Of a DNA stretch of 64,000 nucleotides, positions 1 through 13,030 are shown in pieces; the stretch's first letter is position 1; every line of letters begins with the position of its first letter. The notes beneath the pieces were generated by a model, which did not search any database, was not told the origin of the DNA, and saw only the letters and a list, made by a program, of their open reading frames with translations. The stretch is taken from the NCBI GenBank assembly GCA_963575745.1, contig CAUYUJ010000151.1:1-64000 (forward strand), read 5' to 3'. This stretch comes from Prorocentrum cordatum (taxonomy: Eukaryota). Position numbers and translations under genes: made by a program.

Positions 1-1
1 T

Positions 2-77
<76 letters not shown>

Positions 78-82
78 CTTTT
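1..82. repeat. poly-T tract
   Basis: Near-pure T run at the window start. Confidence 0.95.
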
Positions 83-400
83 CTGGCGCTCTATGTGGAA
101 CTAAATGCAGCACGCGTGGCGCGCGCGCGATCGCCGCAAATCTTCGGAACGAGCGCGCGACCTTTGAACTACTGAGCCTCTTTCGCAACACAATCAACCT
201 CAAGCGCAAACGCTGACGCAAACACATATGCTTTCTTACAAGCGCCTCAACGCCTGCAGCGCGCAGACGCAGTCGCCCATAGAGCGCGAAACGAGGCGCC
301 ATATCTTAAGCACACTCGCGCGCGGCAGCGCATTTTAGTTCGCACAATAACAAACACCTGGACAGGAGCGCCTAAGCTAACTCTGGCCCGCCCTGGCCCA

Positions 401-446
401 CGCTCAGTGTAATACGCTCAGTGTAACACGCTCAGTGTAATACGCT
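401..446. repeat. 14-bp tandem repeat x3 (CGCTCAGTGTAAYA)
   Basis: Units start at 401, 415 and 429. Confidence 0.9.
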
Positions 447-1089
447 GCTCCCGCTGCGTTGTCGCACATGCTGCGGGGGGCGGCGGGGTGGGCGTCAGCC
501 CTGCAATTGGACCTACGCGCAGTCTGCGTAAGCTCGACCTGCGACGGGGAATCGGGCACTGGCGGAAACCACGTAGATAAACACGAATGGCCAGCCTTGC
601 AAACAGGGGGGAGAGCAGGACAAACTGTGGATCGGCACCGAATGGTACGATGGCGGGGGATGACCGATGGGGATGATCCCAATCGGACGCGCACGACGTC
701 CCAGGCTCCGTCCAGGCGGCCCCGGCAAGCACAGGTCGACTCCGTTTCCACCGCCGCCTCAGTGCCATATGAGCACCACCCCTCGTTGCCGCGGTGGCCG
801 CGCTGCTGCGCCGTCATCCGTTTGACCCTCCTCCACCCCATCACCGACCTCCCAGCATTTCAAAGTTATTACCTCCTCCCCCCCTGCCCCCCGCCTCACA
901 TCTCCGACGTCATCGTCGCCCCCAGCATCAGCCCAAACTTCCCCTATACAACAGCCTGTTCTCCGCCGCCTCCATCCCCCCTTGTCGCGCATTGCCCCCA
1001 TTCCAACTCCATCCAGTATCCCAAACTTGGCCCGCTTCTTCGGGCCCTACCGCCCACGATCATCCACGGCCTACCGCCTGTGGGACCGA

Positions 1090-4000
1090 TCACTCGAAGG
1101 CCAACGCCTTCTCGCAACGCTTGCGGAGTGTCTTATGCACACCCTCAAGGCCACCGTGGTTGGCGAGCTTCTGCTTAACTGCCGAAACAGCCGTGTACAA
1201 ATCCTTTTTGTTCTGTTTAGTGCGAATGGCATGCATGATGCGGCCCTCGCACTCCGCGATTATGACCGCCGAAACAACGCTCGAAACCGACGATTTCACG
1301 GCTTCGTCCACCTCGGCCCCGATAGCATTGCAGAACGCAGAGTAGGCCTCGAAGGCCTGCAGGCGGAGGAATGGAAAGGACGCGGTTGATGATGAGGAGG
1401 AGGAGGAAGAGGAGGAGGAAGAGCACGAGCAGGAGCAGGAGGGCGGATGGAGGAGGAGCAGCAGGAGGGAGAGAAGGAGGAGGGGGAGAAGGATGATAAA
1501 AAAGAGGAACAGGAGGGGGAGGCGGAGGAGGAGGGGGGGGAGGAGCATTGCCAACCCCCCCTCCCATTCATCTCACCCCATTCCCTCACCCCGCCGTTCC
1601 TCGCGCCATATTCCCCCCCTCTGTCGCCCACTTCCCGCCCCCATCTCGCGGGGCATGGCCCTTGCCCTCCAATTGGCTAGCAGGCCAAGGGGCCATCAGC
1701 ACGCGGATGGACAGAGGGGTTGCGGAGGCGGCGGGGGGGGGGGGGGGAAGGCGCGGCGGCGAGGGGAACAACTACAGAAGTGGAGATTGACAAAGGGAGG
1801 GGGGTATGATGGTTGAGGAACGATTGGCAGGAGGTGGAGGAATGAGAATGGGGGATAGCCAGGGCGGCCTTGATGGGCTCGTCCTCGGCGGCTATCTTGG
1901 CGACCACGGGCCAGGCGTCCTTCGACAGCGCCGCCTCGCCGCGCTTCAGCACCTCCTCGAGCGCGTTGGCCACGCCGTCGTGCCAGCTGGCCCCGTCCTT
2001 GCCGCCCTTCGCCGTCGCCTCGACGGCCTTCACCGCCGCCTCCAAGTCGCTGGCCATCTTCTTGGCAACAGCGGTCGAAAGGTCCTGCACGAACTTCTTC
2101 ACGATGCCGAATGTGTCCTCGGATGCCTTGAGCTCGGCGGCGCATTCGAAGTAGTCGAAAATGGGCCTCGCGATCTCGAGCGACTTCGTGCAAGCCGCGA
2201 CCTTCCCGACGCAAGCCCTGGCAAGCTTTGCGACAGCCTCCATGTCGCAGGCGTCCGCGACGGCCTCGACGTTGGGCGCGGTGGCCACGAGGGTCGCGTA
2301 GCTCTTCCACATGCCGTCGACTGCGTTCAGGACACCGCAGAGTGACTTCACGTTCTTCGATGTGGTCTCGCAGCTGATGATCTTCGACATGGATGCGAGC
2401 GCCTGGGCGGCAACCTCCGCGTCGAAGTCGCCACCGTTGGTGTAGACAAGCACAGATGTCCCTAAGAGCCGCCCGATCGCCCGACTCAACTTGATGAAGA
2501 GACCGTCGGGCAACTTCACGCCGCACATGGCCTCGCTGGCGGTGCCGAGCGCCTGGATGGATGCCGCGTCAACTGCGCCTTCGCCCTCTGCCGCGATGAT
2601 CGCTTCAATGGCAGCACTGAGCAGGTCAATGCGATGCTGCGTGTTGGTCGACGCAACAACGCCTTCCATCTTCTGGGACATGATCTGCGCGGTGTCGTCG
2701 AGCGGGTACAGCTGCTTCGCGAGCGCGACGGCTTCGCTGATCACCTTGTCTGCGGACCGCTCGTCGCCGTCAAAGCGGCGCGGGATGCCCCCATCAACCA
2801 TCAAGTCAAATAGGTTCTGCAGCACCACCTTGGTATGCTTAAAGGCCGCGCCCATGCAACCAGGGCGCATAAGCGCCTTCCACTGGGGGCCTTGCTTACC
2901 GAATAAACACGAGGCAGGTACTGCATCGGAAGCAACGTTGATGAGATCAGCCTTTTCAAGTGCCGCGCAAGTTTCCAATGTATCAGCACACGTGTTCGCA
3001 GTGGTGGCGTGCTCACTGCCCTTGGACTTGTAGTGCATCAGCTCGTCGCGAAGCTTCTGGTAGGTTGGCGACGCGCACAGGGCACCATGCAGAAGCGGGG
3101 CAATCCCATCCTTCTTGTTGGACGACGAGGCCGCCAGATCGCCGAGCTCCTGGATCCGCCACCGTGCCCCCCTGGCACGTTGAGGCGTGCCTGAATGCCA
3201 AATGCTGGTCTGGTAGGGTTTCTGATAGTCTTCTAGGGACCCCCCCCCTCGGAAACCGCTGATCTGCGGCCGTTTTCCCCGTGTGGTTCGCGCCCCCGAG
3301 GCCGCAGCCCCTCGTAGAATACGACAGATTCGCATTCCCGAAGCCAAGATGGCCCCAAGGCGGCCCAAGACGGCCCCAAGACGGCCCAATTTGGCTTCAA
3401 GACTGCGGAAGATGGCCTCAAGATGGCCCAAGCAACCTTCAAGATCGCTCAAGGAGCCTCACAGAGGGCCTAACATGGCCTCAAGACGGCCGCCAAGAGG
3501 CCCCGAGGATGCTAAACACACTGGTTGATAGTTAATTGGTTGTTGACGGTTCTTAGGGTTCTCGCATTTTCGGGCCAAGAACTGCCCAAGACGGCTCCTA
3601 GATCGCTCCCAGACGACCCAAGAGGCACCCAAGACATCTCCAAGACAACCCAAGAGGGGCCCAAGACGGCCCAAGAGGGCCCCAGAACGGCCCAAGAAGG
3701 GCCCCATGCGGCCAAAGAGGGCCCCAAAAGGCCCCCAAGAGAGCCCCAAGACGGCCCCAAGAGACCCTCAGGAGAGCCCAAGAGGGCCCCAAGAGAGGCC
3801 CGAGTCGGCCCAATACGCTCAATACGGCCCAAGAGAGCAGCAAGACGGCCCAAGATGGCTCCAAGACGGCCCCAGAGGCCTTCAAGGGGACCCCCAGGAG
3901 GATCAAGGCTGCCCAAGACGACCCCAAGACGATCAAACATGGCTTCAAGTAGGCTGAAAAAGGTCAAGATGGATTCCAAACGGGCCCACGAAGGCCTAAG

Positions 4001-6062
4001 GGGCCTGCGCCAACACTTTTTCGTTGGAAGAGGTGTATCATGTGACGTTCCAGGCGTCGCATGGGGCACACGCGCCTCTGCCGCCCCATTTGGGCTGGCA
4101 CCCATGTGTCCACATGGCGGCAGCCATGTCGGGATACATGGGCGGGAGCTCGCATGGGGACGCATGGGGGGCAACCCGAATGTGGGCACATGGGTGGCAA
4201 ACCAATTTTGGACACAAGGGTGGTAACCTCACCATCATCATCACCACCACCAAACCTCAGGTTAGGACACCTGTGCGCCCTCGCGCGCCGACCACCGAAG
4301 CAGCTTGGCTGGCGCGGTGGCGGGACTTGCCGCAGGCAGCTGGATCAAACTCACCATATCCTCGAGATTGTCCGTGCGATTCGGCATCAGAAGAGCCTGG
4401 ACGGCTTTGAGGGCGACGACAAGCTCGAAACTGTCCTGGGCGGCCGCGGCAGGCACGTGCTCCGTGAAGAGGTCGGCGAGCAAAGCTGGGAGAACCTGGC
4501 TGATGAACGCCTTGGTGACGTCCAAGGCGATGCCTTCACGGATCAGGAGGCGGCTGACGAACTCCTTCACAAACACTTCGCGGAAGAGGCTTTGCATGTC
4601 ATGTGGGTCGCAGTCCATGTCAGTGATGCGCGGGTCTGTCGGGTCGAACTTCGAGTCGGTCGAATCCGATTCCTCCAAGGGGTAAGGCTTGAACATCTCG
4701 AAGCACGCTTTCATGAGACCACCCTGTCCACACACGTGGATTGCCTTCTCAAGCTCGGAGCGCCCCTTCGCTGCCACAAGCTCCCTCTGCAGAACAACGG
4801 GGATGGTGACATTCCAAGCCTTGAGCTTCTCAAGGTACGACTTGCACGTGTCCAAGCTCAGCGACTGAATCCTCGTGACCTTCACCTTCTGGCAGATCCC
4901 GACCTTCTCCATGTGGCGGCTCAGAAGCCCATAGTCTCCAGTTTGTCAACAAGCGCTAGGCCCTGCACCTCGGCGTTCCCCAACTTCTCATCTGCCAATA
5001 TCATCGTCAAGTCGTTCTTCTCGATCCAGTACTGCACTTTGCCAGGGATGTCCTTTGGGCACTGCGCGAACTCGCCGAAGACCGACGGGGCGCCTGTTCG
5101 CACCGAAGCGGGCCCTGTCGAACCCGAACCGCGGCAGCCGTCAAACGAGACGGCGCGGGGGCAGGCGCCGCTCCGGCGCTTGGGCTAGCACCTGCTGTAG
5201 CGGGCGACGCCGACGCAGCACCCCACCCGCGCGAGCCGCCCCTGCTGATCCTCTGCGCCTTCCCAGGCGCGATCGGCGTGACGTCCCTCGGGCTCGGAAG
5301 GCTGCCATCCACCCCATCATCCTCAGGCGCCCTCTTGCCAGCCCTTTGCCTCGGCGCAGAGATGTTCGGGATTGCGCAGACGCTGAGCTTCTTGGTGGTG
5401 CCGCTCTGCTGGCGCAAATGCTGGTAGTGTAGCTGCGCCGCCTCCTCCACCGCGTGCGCCATGGGAAGAACGCGGTGAGTCTTGCGCACCATCCCGCGAG
5501 AGATCTCCAGCCTCATTTTTCTGAGGCACTTGTTGGCGACGCCCACGTCGTCGTTCACGAGGAACAGATCATCGGGCTCGCCATCGTCGTCCCAACCCTC
5601 GAACGAGGCCAACTGGAGCGACTTCGGAGCGGTCCCGACCACGCTCTTGAACTCTGTCGCATTCACGCAAGTGGCCTCCCTGAAGATCACCATCCGCTGC
5701 GTGTGCACCTGCGAGACCCCGTCGACGGGGAACGGGCGGCCCTGTGGTTCCTGTTCGGCGACGATGTTCTTCTCGAGGATGCCTTTCTTCAACGCCTCGG
5801 ACTCGCCCAACATCTGCGCCGCTTGCTCGGCGCTCTCGACCCACGGCAACGCATCCTGGACCTCGGCGATGCACGGCGTGCACAGAGGGCCAGTGGGATC
5901 ACCTCGACCGTCCCTGTCCCAGGTGGTCTCCTGGGGGGCAGTCCGAATGAGCCAGCGCCACATCTATTGCTCAGGCCCCCCACCCCCCAGATAGGATGCC
6001 GCCAAAACTGGCTCAAGATCTAAGGGGGGGCCCTGGTATGATGGCGCACTTATGGGGGCCAT
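1090..6062 (-). pseudogene. Large (~1000 aa) uncharacterised spliced gene, frameshifted and interrupted by a 1.19-kb insertion; possible N-terminal C2C2 zinc finger
   Basis: Protein-like segments in ORFs 5007-5963, 4921-5103, 4262-4912, 1677-3452 and 1090-1554. Removing 3155-4344 joins DMVSLI to QELGDL in frame. GC-AG intron 1859-1357 (CTG|GC...CAG|GCC) joins PIKAAL to AFEAYS in frame, ending at stop 1090. CNRC...GPLCTPC lies near the N-terminus across a frameshift. The 5' end is uncertain. Confidence 0.65.
3155..4344 (+). mobile_element. Non-autonomous Helitron-like element, copy 1 (1190 bp)
   Basis: Starts A|TCCGCCACCGTGCC and ends GGTGGCGGGACT-TGCCGCAGGCA-GCTGGA|T. Contains internal GGCCCAAGA-type tandem repeats. 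Colinear with 20429-21626. The empty site restores the host frame. Confidence 0.85.
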
Positions 6063-6082
6063 CGCACCAGGACACCTCACTC

Positions 6083-6290
6083 TCCTCCTCCTCCTCCTCC
6101 CCCCCCCCACCCCTAGGTCCCGAGGGGGGGGTGGGGGGGGAGGGGCGGGGGGGAAGGGCGGGGGGAGGATGGGGGGGAGGAGGAGGAGGAGAACAAAGAG
6201 GAGGAAGAGGACGAGGCGGAGGAGGAGGAGGAGGAAGAGGAGGAGGAGGATGAAGATGAGGAGGAGGAGGAGGAGAATGAGGAGGAGGGG
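6083..6290. repeat. (CCT)n/(GGA)n and G/C-run low-complexity tract
   Basis: Directly visible. Confidence 0.85.
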
Positions 6291-9200
6291 GGTGATGGCG
6301 CACTGCAAATGGGACGCACTTAGACCACGCCCAATAGAATTAGGTTTCCTCGAAAACTGCGGGCACCACCGCTGGAAGCGGAACAGGGCAAATCGTTCGG
6401 GCGTGGGCAAATTCGGCTAAAGTGCGCCATCTGCAAATGCCAACGGCTGCCCCTGGGGCGGCCACAAAGGCACCCGCCTCCCCCCAACAGCCCAACCTTC
6501 ATCATCAAATGCTGGGCGAGGCTGTCGGTGGAGGGCAAGGGCTTTCATGGCAACGCGGGCCCGAAACAATAGATGTCCAAGCCTTGTCGGTCGCTGACGA
6601 TGGAGTGCATATCGAAACGTCTGCCAGCACCGCATAAAATATAAAAGGTAAGAACTCGAACACTAGCTTGCTCGGTTGCCAGCGCGCGCTTCTCCGCATC
6701 GGAGAGGGCGCTCTGGGGTTATGACACGGAGAGATCTGACATGGAATAGCTCGAGCAAGCGTGCAAACTCGAAGAACGAGCGCGTGAACGCACATGGCGA
6801 CTGCGTTCGGGGGAGCGGGGTTCGGGCAAACACAATAATCATCAGATGCCAACCTCTCCAAACCACCGAAAAAACTGGCATGCACGTGTGTCGCGAATGC
6901 CAAATCACATGTATCACTTCCAGGGGAACAACGTCTCTCCCGCGCGTGAGTGCCGCTTTCGGGGCTTGGCGGGATGAGTCTGGGGAACCTAGTCAGCCAT
7001 GCAGCCAATTTGTTTAAAGCTCGTGGTCCGCATTTCGCAGAGTATTCTCTGGGGGTGGTTTGCCCCTCTCATGTCCCCAGGACTTGACGACGAGGGCCCC
7101 AGGTCGTCGGTGACCCTCAAGATGGCCCTGCAGTCCCACATAAGTCTCTCACATGGCTGCAGGGGGCCCAAACTCGCCAGAAAATGCTTCGGGCACCACC
7201 TGCAATCCTAGAGCGCGGCCCAGCATGACCTGAGGTGGCCACGGAACTCTTCCATTGAGACACCCGAGAAAAAAAACAATCCTGGAACATCTGAAGGATT
7301 CGGCGTGCTTCGCCGTGTACAATACCGCCGATTTGCCGTCGAAGGATCGCGAACATGTTTATACACGGCTAAATACAACCCCAAGAGAGGCTGAACCCCG
7401 TCCCCCCCCTCAGGATGGGCCCCAAAATGCCTATGGTCGCTCTGTGAGTGCCCCATGCCAAAAAAAAAAAAAACGATGGCTTGGCTCAGCCGATGAAATG
7501 CTTAGCTGAACCGTTCCTGTCCCGCCCCACTAATAGCACGCCCTTCCCCCCTGCCCACCCCCACATGCGCGCGCCCACGCGCGCGCGTGCCAACCCACCC
7601 ACCGACCAACGCCCCAAAACCATCAGCTCCATGGCCGATCCCACCCAAGATGGCACCGCGAGGGCCCCAGCGAACCGTAATTCGCACCAAAAGGTTACTC
7701 AAAGGAGCGCCCGATACCACGAAAGGACAGCGACGGACGCATCTGAATCACCCAGACCGCCCCAAGGGGCCCAAGGTCCGCCGAGCCAAACAATCCCCCA
7801 CACTGCCCCCAACACCCCCCCCCCCCCGCGCCACGCCCCCCTTCTTGAGGACCGATGGCCTCCCCAGGCCGTTGCCCCTCGTGCATGGGTCCACGCTCCG
7901 TTGATCAAGCAAACTCGCCCGCACATGGTTGATGGACGGGGTGGCGATACTGCACGAAGCATGAAGTACTGATGGCGGCAACAGTGCCTCAGATTTAAAT
8001 GGCCCCAAGATGGTTAAGATGGAACCTGAGGCAACGCGTGGCACCGACAACGGATCACGACAACCGAATGCGACTAGCTGCCTTCCAGATGTCACCCGAA
8101 GACACCCCAAGGCTAAAAGACCGCGGGAGCCCTGAGAACGCCCCGAAGAAACCGACAACCATTTAACACCTAGCCCGAAGTAGTCGCCCTGCTTCCATCG
8201 AGCCCCATCGCCGCCGACAGCCTTCTGGGGTCCAGAGGTGTCTACGCGATGGCCCGCGGTAGCCCTTGGGCGTGCGAGCGAGACGCAGGGGCTGCTCAAG
8301 AGAGCCTTAGAGGCGACGTTCGGTGCGCATTGGATGTGGCAGGTCAGACCAGTGCAGCCCATGGCATTGCGCAGCGAATCGAACTGGCAACCCATGCCAC
8401 GAATGGGGCGAAAGAGAAGCCAAGGGCAGGGGCACCAGGGCCGCGAAGGTAAGCCCAAGATGGACCCGAAGTTGCCCAACCACCAAAGACTCCATGACAG
8501 CGTGTCCTCATCCTCACCCACCCTCCCCCCCATCACCCTGCTGCCCTCACATCATTATCACCGTCCTTCCCCCGCCCATTCCCCGAAAACTGTTTTTGCA
8601 AATCCTCCTGCAAACCACCCCCCATCTCTTGTTTAGCAGTGGCGGTCCACAGGGGTCTTGTCGCACAACGCGCACATCAAGGCGGCGTCGCTCACATTCG
8701 ACACCACGTCTTCACGAATCGCTCTCCCGCGGCCCCTGCCGCGACCGCGGCGCCCATCGCCTCGCCTTTCTTAGTGGGCGCCTTCTTCAGCACGGGGGCA
8801 GCGGCCTTCGCCCTTGCCAGAACAAGGATGCTAGCAGCTGCTCGTGTGAAAACCTAAGTGACTCTGTGAACTGTGCCTGGGCCGCAGAAATACCAAAGAA
8901 CACCAACTGAACAAAACCCAAGCCGACATGACGCACGATAGTGGGTCCTAGAGCCTTTCACGCGACCGCCGAATGAGCAACCGACCACGCGGGCATAGCC
9001 TCTGAAACGGTGTCGCCGCCTGACCTATGCTAAGCTATGCACATGCTGACACTTACATGCAGACACGCCATGTTGAACATGTGTTATGCAATGCCTAGAA
9101 TGGGTTACCGCGCGCGCCGTCGTAAGCACATCCGTACATAAGACGCAATAAAATATTGAATGGCCTAGAACACCTGAGCCGTTGCTCTGCGCTGGCAATC

Positions 9201-10467
9201 TGACAGCCAATATGAGTAAGCTGCACTGCTGGTTGCGCCAAAAGTTGCCCCACATAACTTGCAGTACTCTGACGGCCCAATGCGAACATACTACCGCACG
9301 GTGCGCACGTGAGAGCCCAAACCAAAACGTTACAACAACTGCCCCTGAACACCCGAAGCAAGCAACGGCCAATTAAGCCAACGTAACGTGCAACGGCAGA
9401 TGCACAACGGTAAGGCGATATGGATGACACCCACCAGGTGACCACTGACATGCCAGTGGGAAACAAAAGCGCGCGGGGGGGTGAATTCGGAACTGTGCGA
9501 CGACGACGACGACGCCCTCCTCCATGCCCCCCTTGTTTGAGCACCAACCCCTCGGACTCTTGAGAACCCAACGCGGTGAGCGGCTGCGGGACCGACAGCG
9601 CAGCGAGGCACGTGCCTCTGAGGCCAAGCGGGGGCGGGCGCGATGGCACGGGGGGCTGGACAAGGCGCCCTTAAACCTTCCACGACCAGCGTCGACAATG
9701 GACTCTGCACCCTGAACCCGAAGTCCAGAGCGCGTTCGGCCATGGTCGCTACATGAAGGCCCTGCCATTTACCTGCGCACCACCTGCCCCCACCCACCCA
9801 CCCACGCCGCATTGCCCGCGGGCCCCATGGAACCCCAATCCGCGGGCCTCGGCCTCAGCGTTGTCGCCCGCCTCGCGCTCGAGCTCGCGCGCCCGATCGC
9901 GCCCCGCCGCAATAGCACACAGGACGCCGTTCATACCCAGTCGCCCGCTGACACGCGCGCCTCGCTTCCTGCAGCGCGACGCCGTGCGCAACGGACAGGA
10001 GTGAAGGAGTATGCGGCACCAGCTGCGGCCTCCTCTCTGAGGGCGGCAATGCGTCCCCCCCGAAGCCGACGCCGTTCTGCCGCGGCGATGGCTTTCTCAT
10101 CGGCGCCCGCTCAAGCTGCAGGCGCGCGTTTGTCGGAGCCCTCGAAAGCAACTGTGGTTGGGGCCGCGCCTGCCTCATCCTCATCTGCGACCGCGCCCGG
10201 CAAACCCGACGGCGCCTCAGTTTTCCGAAGATGCTGCGGCGGAGGTGATAGCGGTGGAGCAGGCATCCACGCGGGGGCGGCGGGATGCGGCAACGCGAAT
10301 GGCAGCGGCATCGGCGTGCCGCGCGGCGCCAGCACCACTGGCGCCCGCCGCAAAGGCGGACGGGCACGGCGCGGCACATGCCCCATTGAAGCTGCGGGCG
10401 CGCCACCTGGACCGCTACCACGAGCTGGTTTGAGCCAAGAGAAATGAAAAAAAGGAGGAAGGAGGTG

Positions 10468-10469
<2 letters not shown>

Positions 10470-10517
<48 letters not shown>
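10470..10517. repeat. (GA)n microsatellite
   Basis: Perfect dinucleotide run. Confidence 0.95.
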
Positions 10518-10522
<5 letters not shown>

Positions 10523-10906
10523 CAGGGAAAAACAAAGCTAATCAGGCAACATAAGTGCGACCGCGCCACATCAGACATTACAACACGTCCCGCCCAGAAC
10601 CGCCTTGTGCACTTTGCAATCGCGATGTGTACCCCCCGCGGCCCCCTGGCCCGATAGCAGACCATCTGCGCGCGTCGGGCGGCGGGAAGCGCGCGACATG
10701 AGCGCGCGGTGATCGACAGCCCGCCTAAGGGCCCAAACTCTATCATTGAACGTAGCTCCATTTACCCGCGCCCACCCCCAGACTTACTTGTAACCATTGA
10801 ATATTACAGCGCCCGCGCCAGACAACGATGGGCAACAACAACCCCCGACGCGCAATAATTTAAAACCTGACCCACGGCGCCAGCCAACCCCGCGCCTTGG
10901 AACCCA

Positions 10907-10909
<3 letters not shown>

Positions 10910-10939
<30 letters not shown>

Positions 10940-11068
10940 AAAAAAAAAAACAAAAATAAAAAAAAAAAAACAAAAAAAAAAAAAAAAAAAAAAATTCACA
11001 AAAAAAAAAAAAAAAAAAAAACAAAAAATAAAAAAAAAAAAAAAAAAAAAAACAAAAAAAAAAAAAAA

Positions 11069-11117
<49 letters not shown>

Positions 11118-11132
11118 AAAAAAAAGAAAAAG

Positions 11133-11163
<31 letters not shown>

Positions 11164-11179
11164 AAAAAAAAAAAAATAA

Positions 11180-11222
<43 letters not shown>
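10910..11222. repeat. Noisy poly-A tract (possible sequencing artefact)
   Basis: ~310 nt of A with scattered C/T/G. Confidence 0.85.
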
Positions 11223-11225
<3 letters not shown>

Positions 11226-12829
11226 GCAAACCAGCTTGTCGCAGGAACGGCCCCCACCGCCAGCCCACTGGCCCCTTCTGCTGGGTCATTGCCCAGGCGC
11301 TAGCCCAACCCTCCCAAACGCATACATAGTTTCGCCGACGTGGACGCCCATTCCGACCCCCCACACCCCCGCACCAAACCCACTACCACCACCGCGCGCG
11401 CGCGCCCCAAGCCCCCGCCACCCGCCAACATAACCCGCCCCGCCCACGCGCCACAGCCCCGCCCACCTGACCTACAGCGGCAATTCCTGCCAAGGCCAGC
11501 GGCCTTCCCATGCAAATCCAACGGGGATGGCGGCGGATCCACTGCGCTGCAGCGCTGCGACGGCGGGGTGATGCCACGCGGCAGTGGCAGGAGCGCCGAC
11601 GCGCGCGCCCGCGGCGGCGCAATGCCGCAACGCGGTCGCGACGCCAAGACCCGAGCCCCAACCCTCAGCTGACCGCCCGACAACGCAAGGTTTGCCACGC
11701 GCAGCCAAGCCGACGCGGCGAATCGCGCTGGGCGCCAGTGTACCCAAACCTTACAGCACCATATCAAAAACGTATTGGGGCAGGCGTGGTGCCCTGGTGG
11801 TGCAGGGCGGGATTGGGCGGCGCGGCGTGGTGGAGGTGGGGCGCGCTTCTGGTGGCTGCGCGCGCGTGTAAGAGCTGCGGCGGTGACGAATAGCGGGCGG
11901 AGCGGGCGGGGGGAAGGGGGGATGGGGGCGCAGGCTGGGCGCGGGGTGGGGGCGGGGAGGGTGGCGCCGCACTGGTCAAGCAGCAGCATCGGCCGAGCAC
12001 GGCGCCGCGGCGGCGGGCGCGCTGCGGCCAGCGGCACGGCGCCGTCCCAACATCGGCGCAATTGCGCCGCCGAAAATGCCGCGGGTGGCAAACTGCGAAA
12101 CAAGGGGGCGCCGCACAATCCAAGCCTCAACAAGCGCGCGCCGCGCGCACGGAACGGCCCAGGCCGCCGACGCGGCACGGGCGCGCGCGCGCACAGGTGC
12201 GCAGGCGCGCACGCAACGCAATTGGCGCGGGCCCCAGGAACCTAGAATGCGATGCAAACCACGGGCAGCACGGGCGAACGGCGCACGGGGGTAGGTCCCG
12301 TGATACGACGCCCGCAAACCCGCCAGCGCAAAACGCTGCAAATTCCGAGTAACGCCAAACAACGTGCGCTAAGAAAAAGGCACGCCGCGCGCTGCGTCCT
12401 CAACGGCATTGCAAGCGCGGGCGGCCAGGGATTTGCACGGCGAAAAGCTTCGCGGGCAGAAAGGAAGGCAAGGGGGGGTAGGGGGGTGCTTAGGGCGCGG
12501 CCGAGCTCCGCTCGCGGAAGGGGGGGCCCTTGGGGCGCGCGCCCGAACGCCGTGGCGAGAACGGCCGATGGCGGGGAAGAGAAGCGCGCGGCGGTCGCTG
12601 CTGCGGCGCAAGCACGCGGCGCGGAGGCGGAAGGCGGCAGCGGCAGTTGCACTGGAAGAAAGAAGGAGGGGAGGGGGGGGGGTATTTAGCGCGCGCGGGC
12701 GGGGCCCCCTGGTGCGTGGAGCGGAGGGTCGCATGCGCCATGCGCGACCAACGGGCACCGAAGTGACGAAGTGCCGCCGAGCTCGCCTGCGACCCCGCCA
12801 ACCAGTCACACGATGCCTTTTTTTCTGGC

Positions 12830-13030
12830 GAGAGCGTTTTTCCTGTCGACGAGACCGTTTGTTTTCCGCTCGAGCGTTTTCATCTGGTGACGTGACCGTT
12901 TTTTTTTTTTTCCGCGAGAGCGTTTCCGCCTGGGGACGAGAGCGTTTTTTTGTTTTTCGTGAGAGCGTTTTTTGAGCGATGATTGAGCGTTTTTTGGTGG
13001 TGCAAGCGATTTTTGAGCGTTTAATCACTG
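12830..13030. repeat. Cluster of GAGCGTTTT motifs, possibly subterminal repeats of a DNA transposon end
   Basis: About 7 GAGCGTTT copies ending at GAGCGTTTAATCACTG (CAGTG on the minus strand). Confidence 0.5.

Noticed and set aside
3233..4226. LGPSWAVLG-type ORFs in the 1.2-kb elements (also 20252-21532 and 32457-33120)
   Set aside because: They are products of GGCCCAAGA tandem repeats, and frames are not conserved between copies.
6400..10450. Scattered minus-strand fragments that look weakly coding (e.g. 9855-10385, 8640-8850, 7050-7250)
   Set aside because: Multiple stops, no recognisable motifs and no consistent splice model.
10784..11364. Poly-Lys/poly-Phe ORFs (also 17717-18244 and 40035-40376)
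   Set aside because: These are translations of poly-A tracts.
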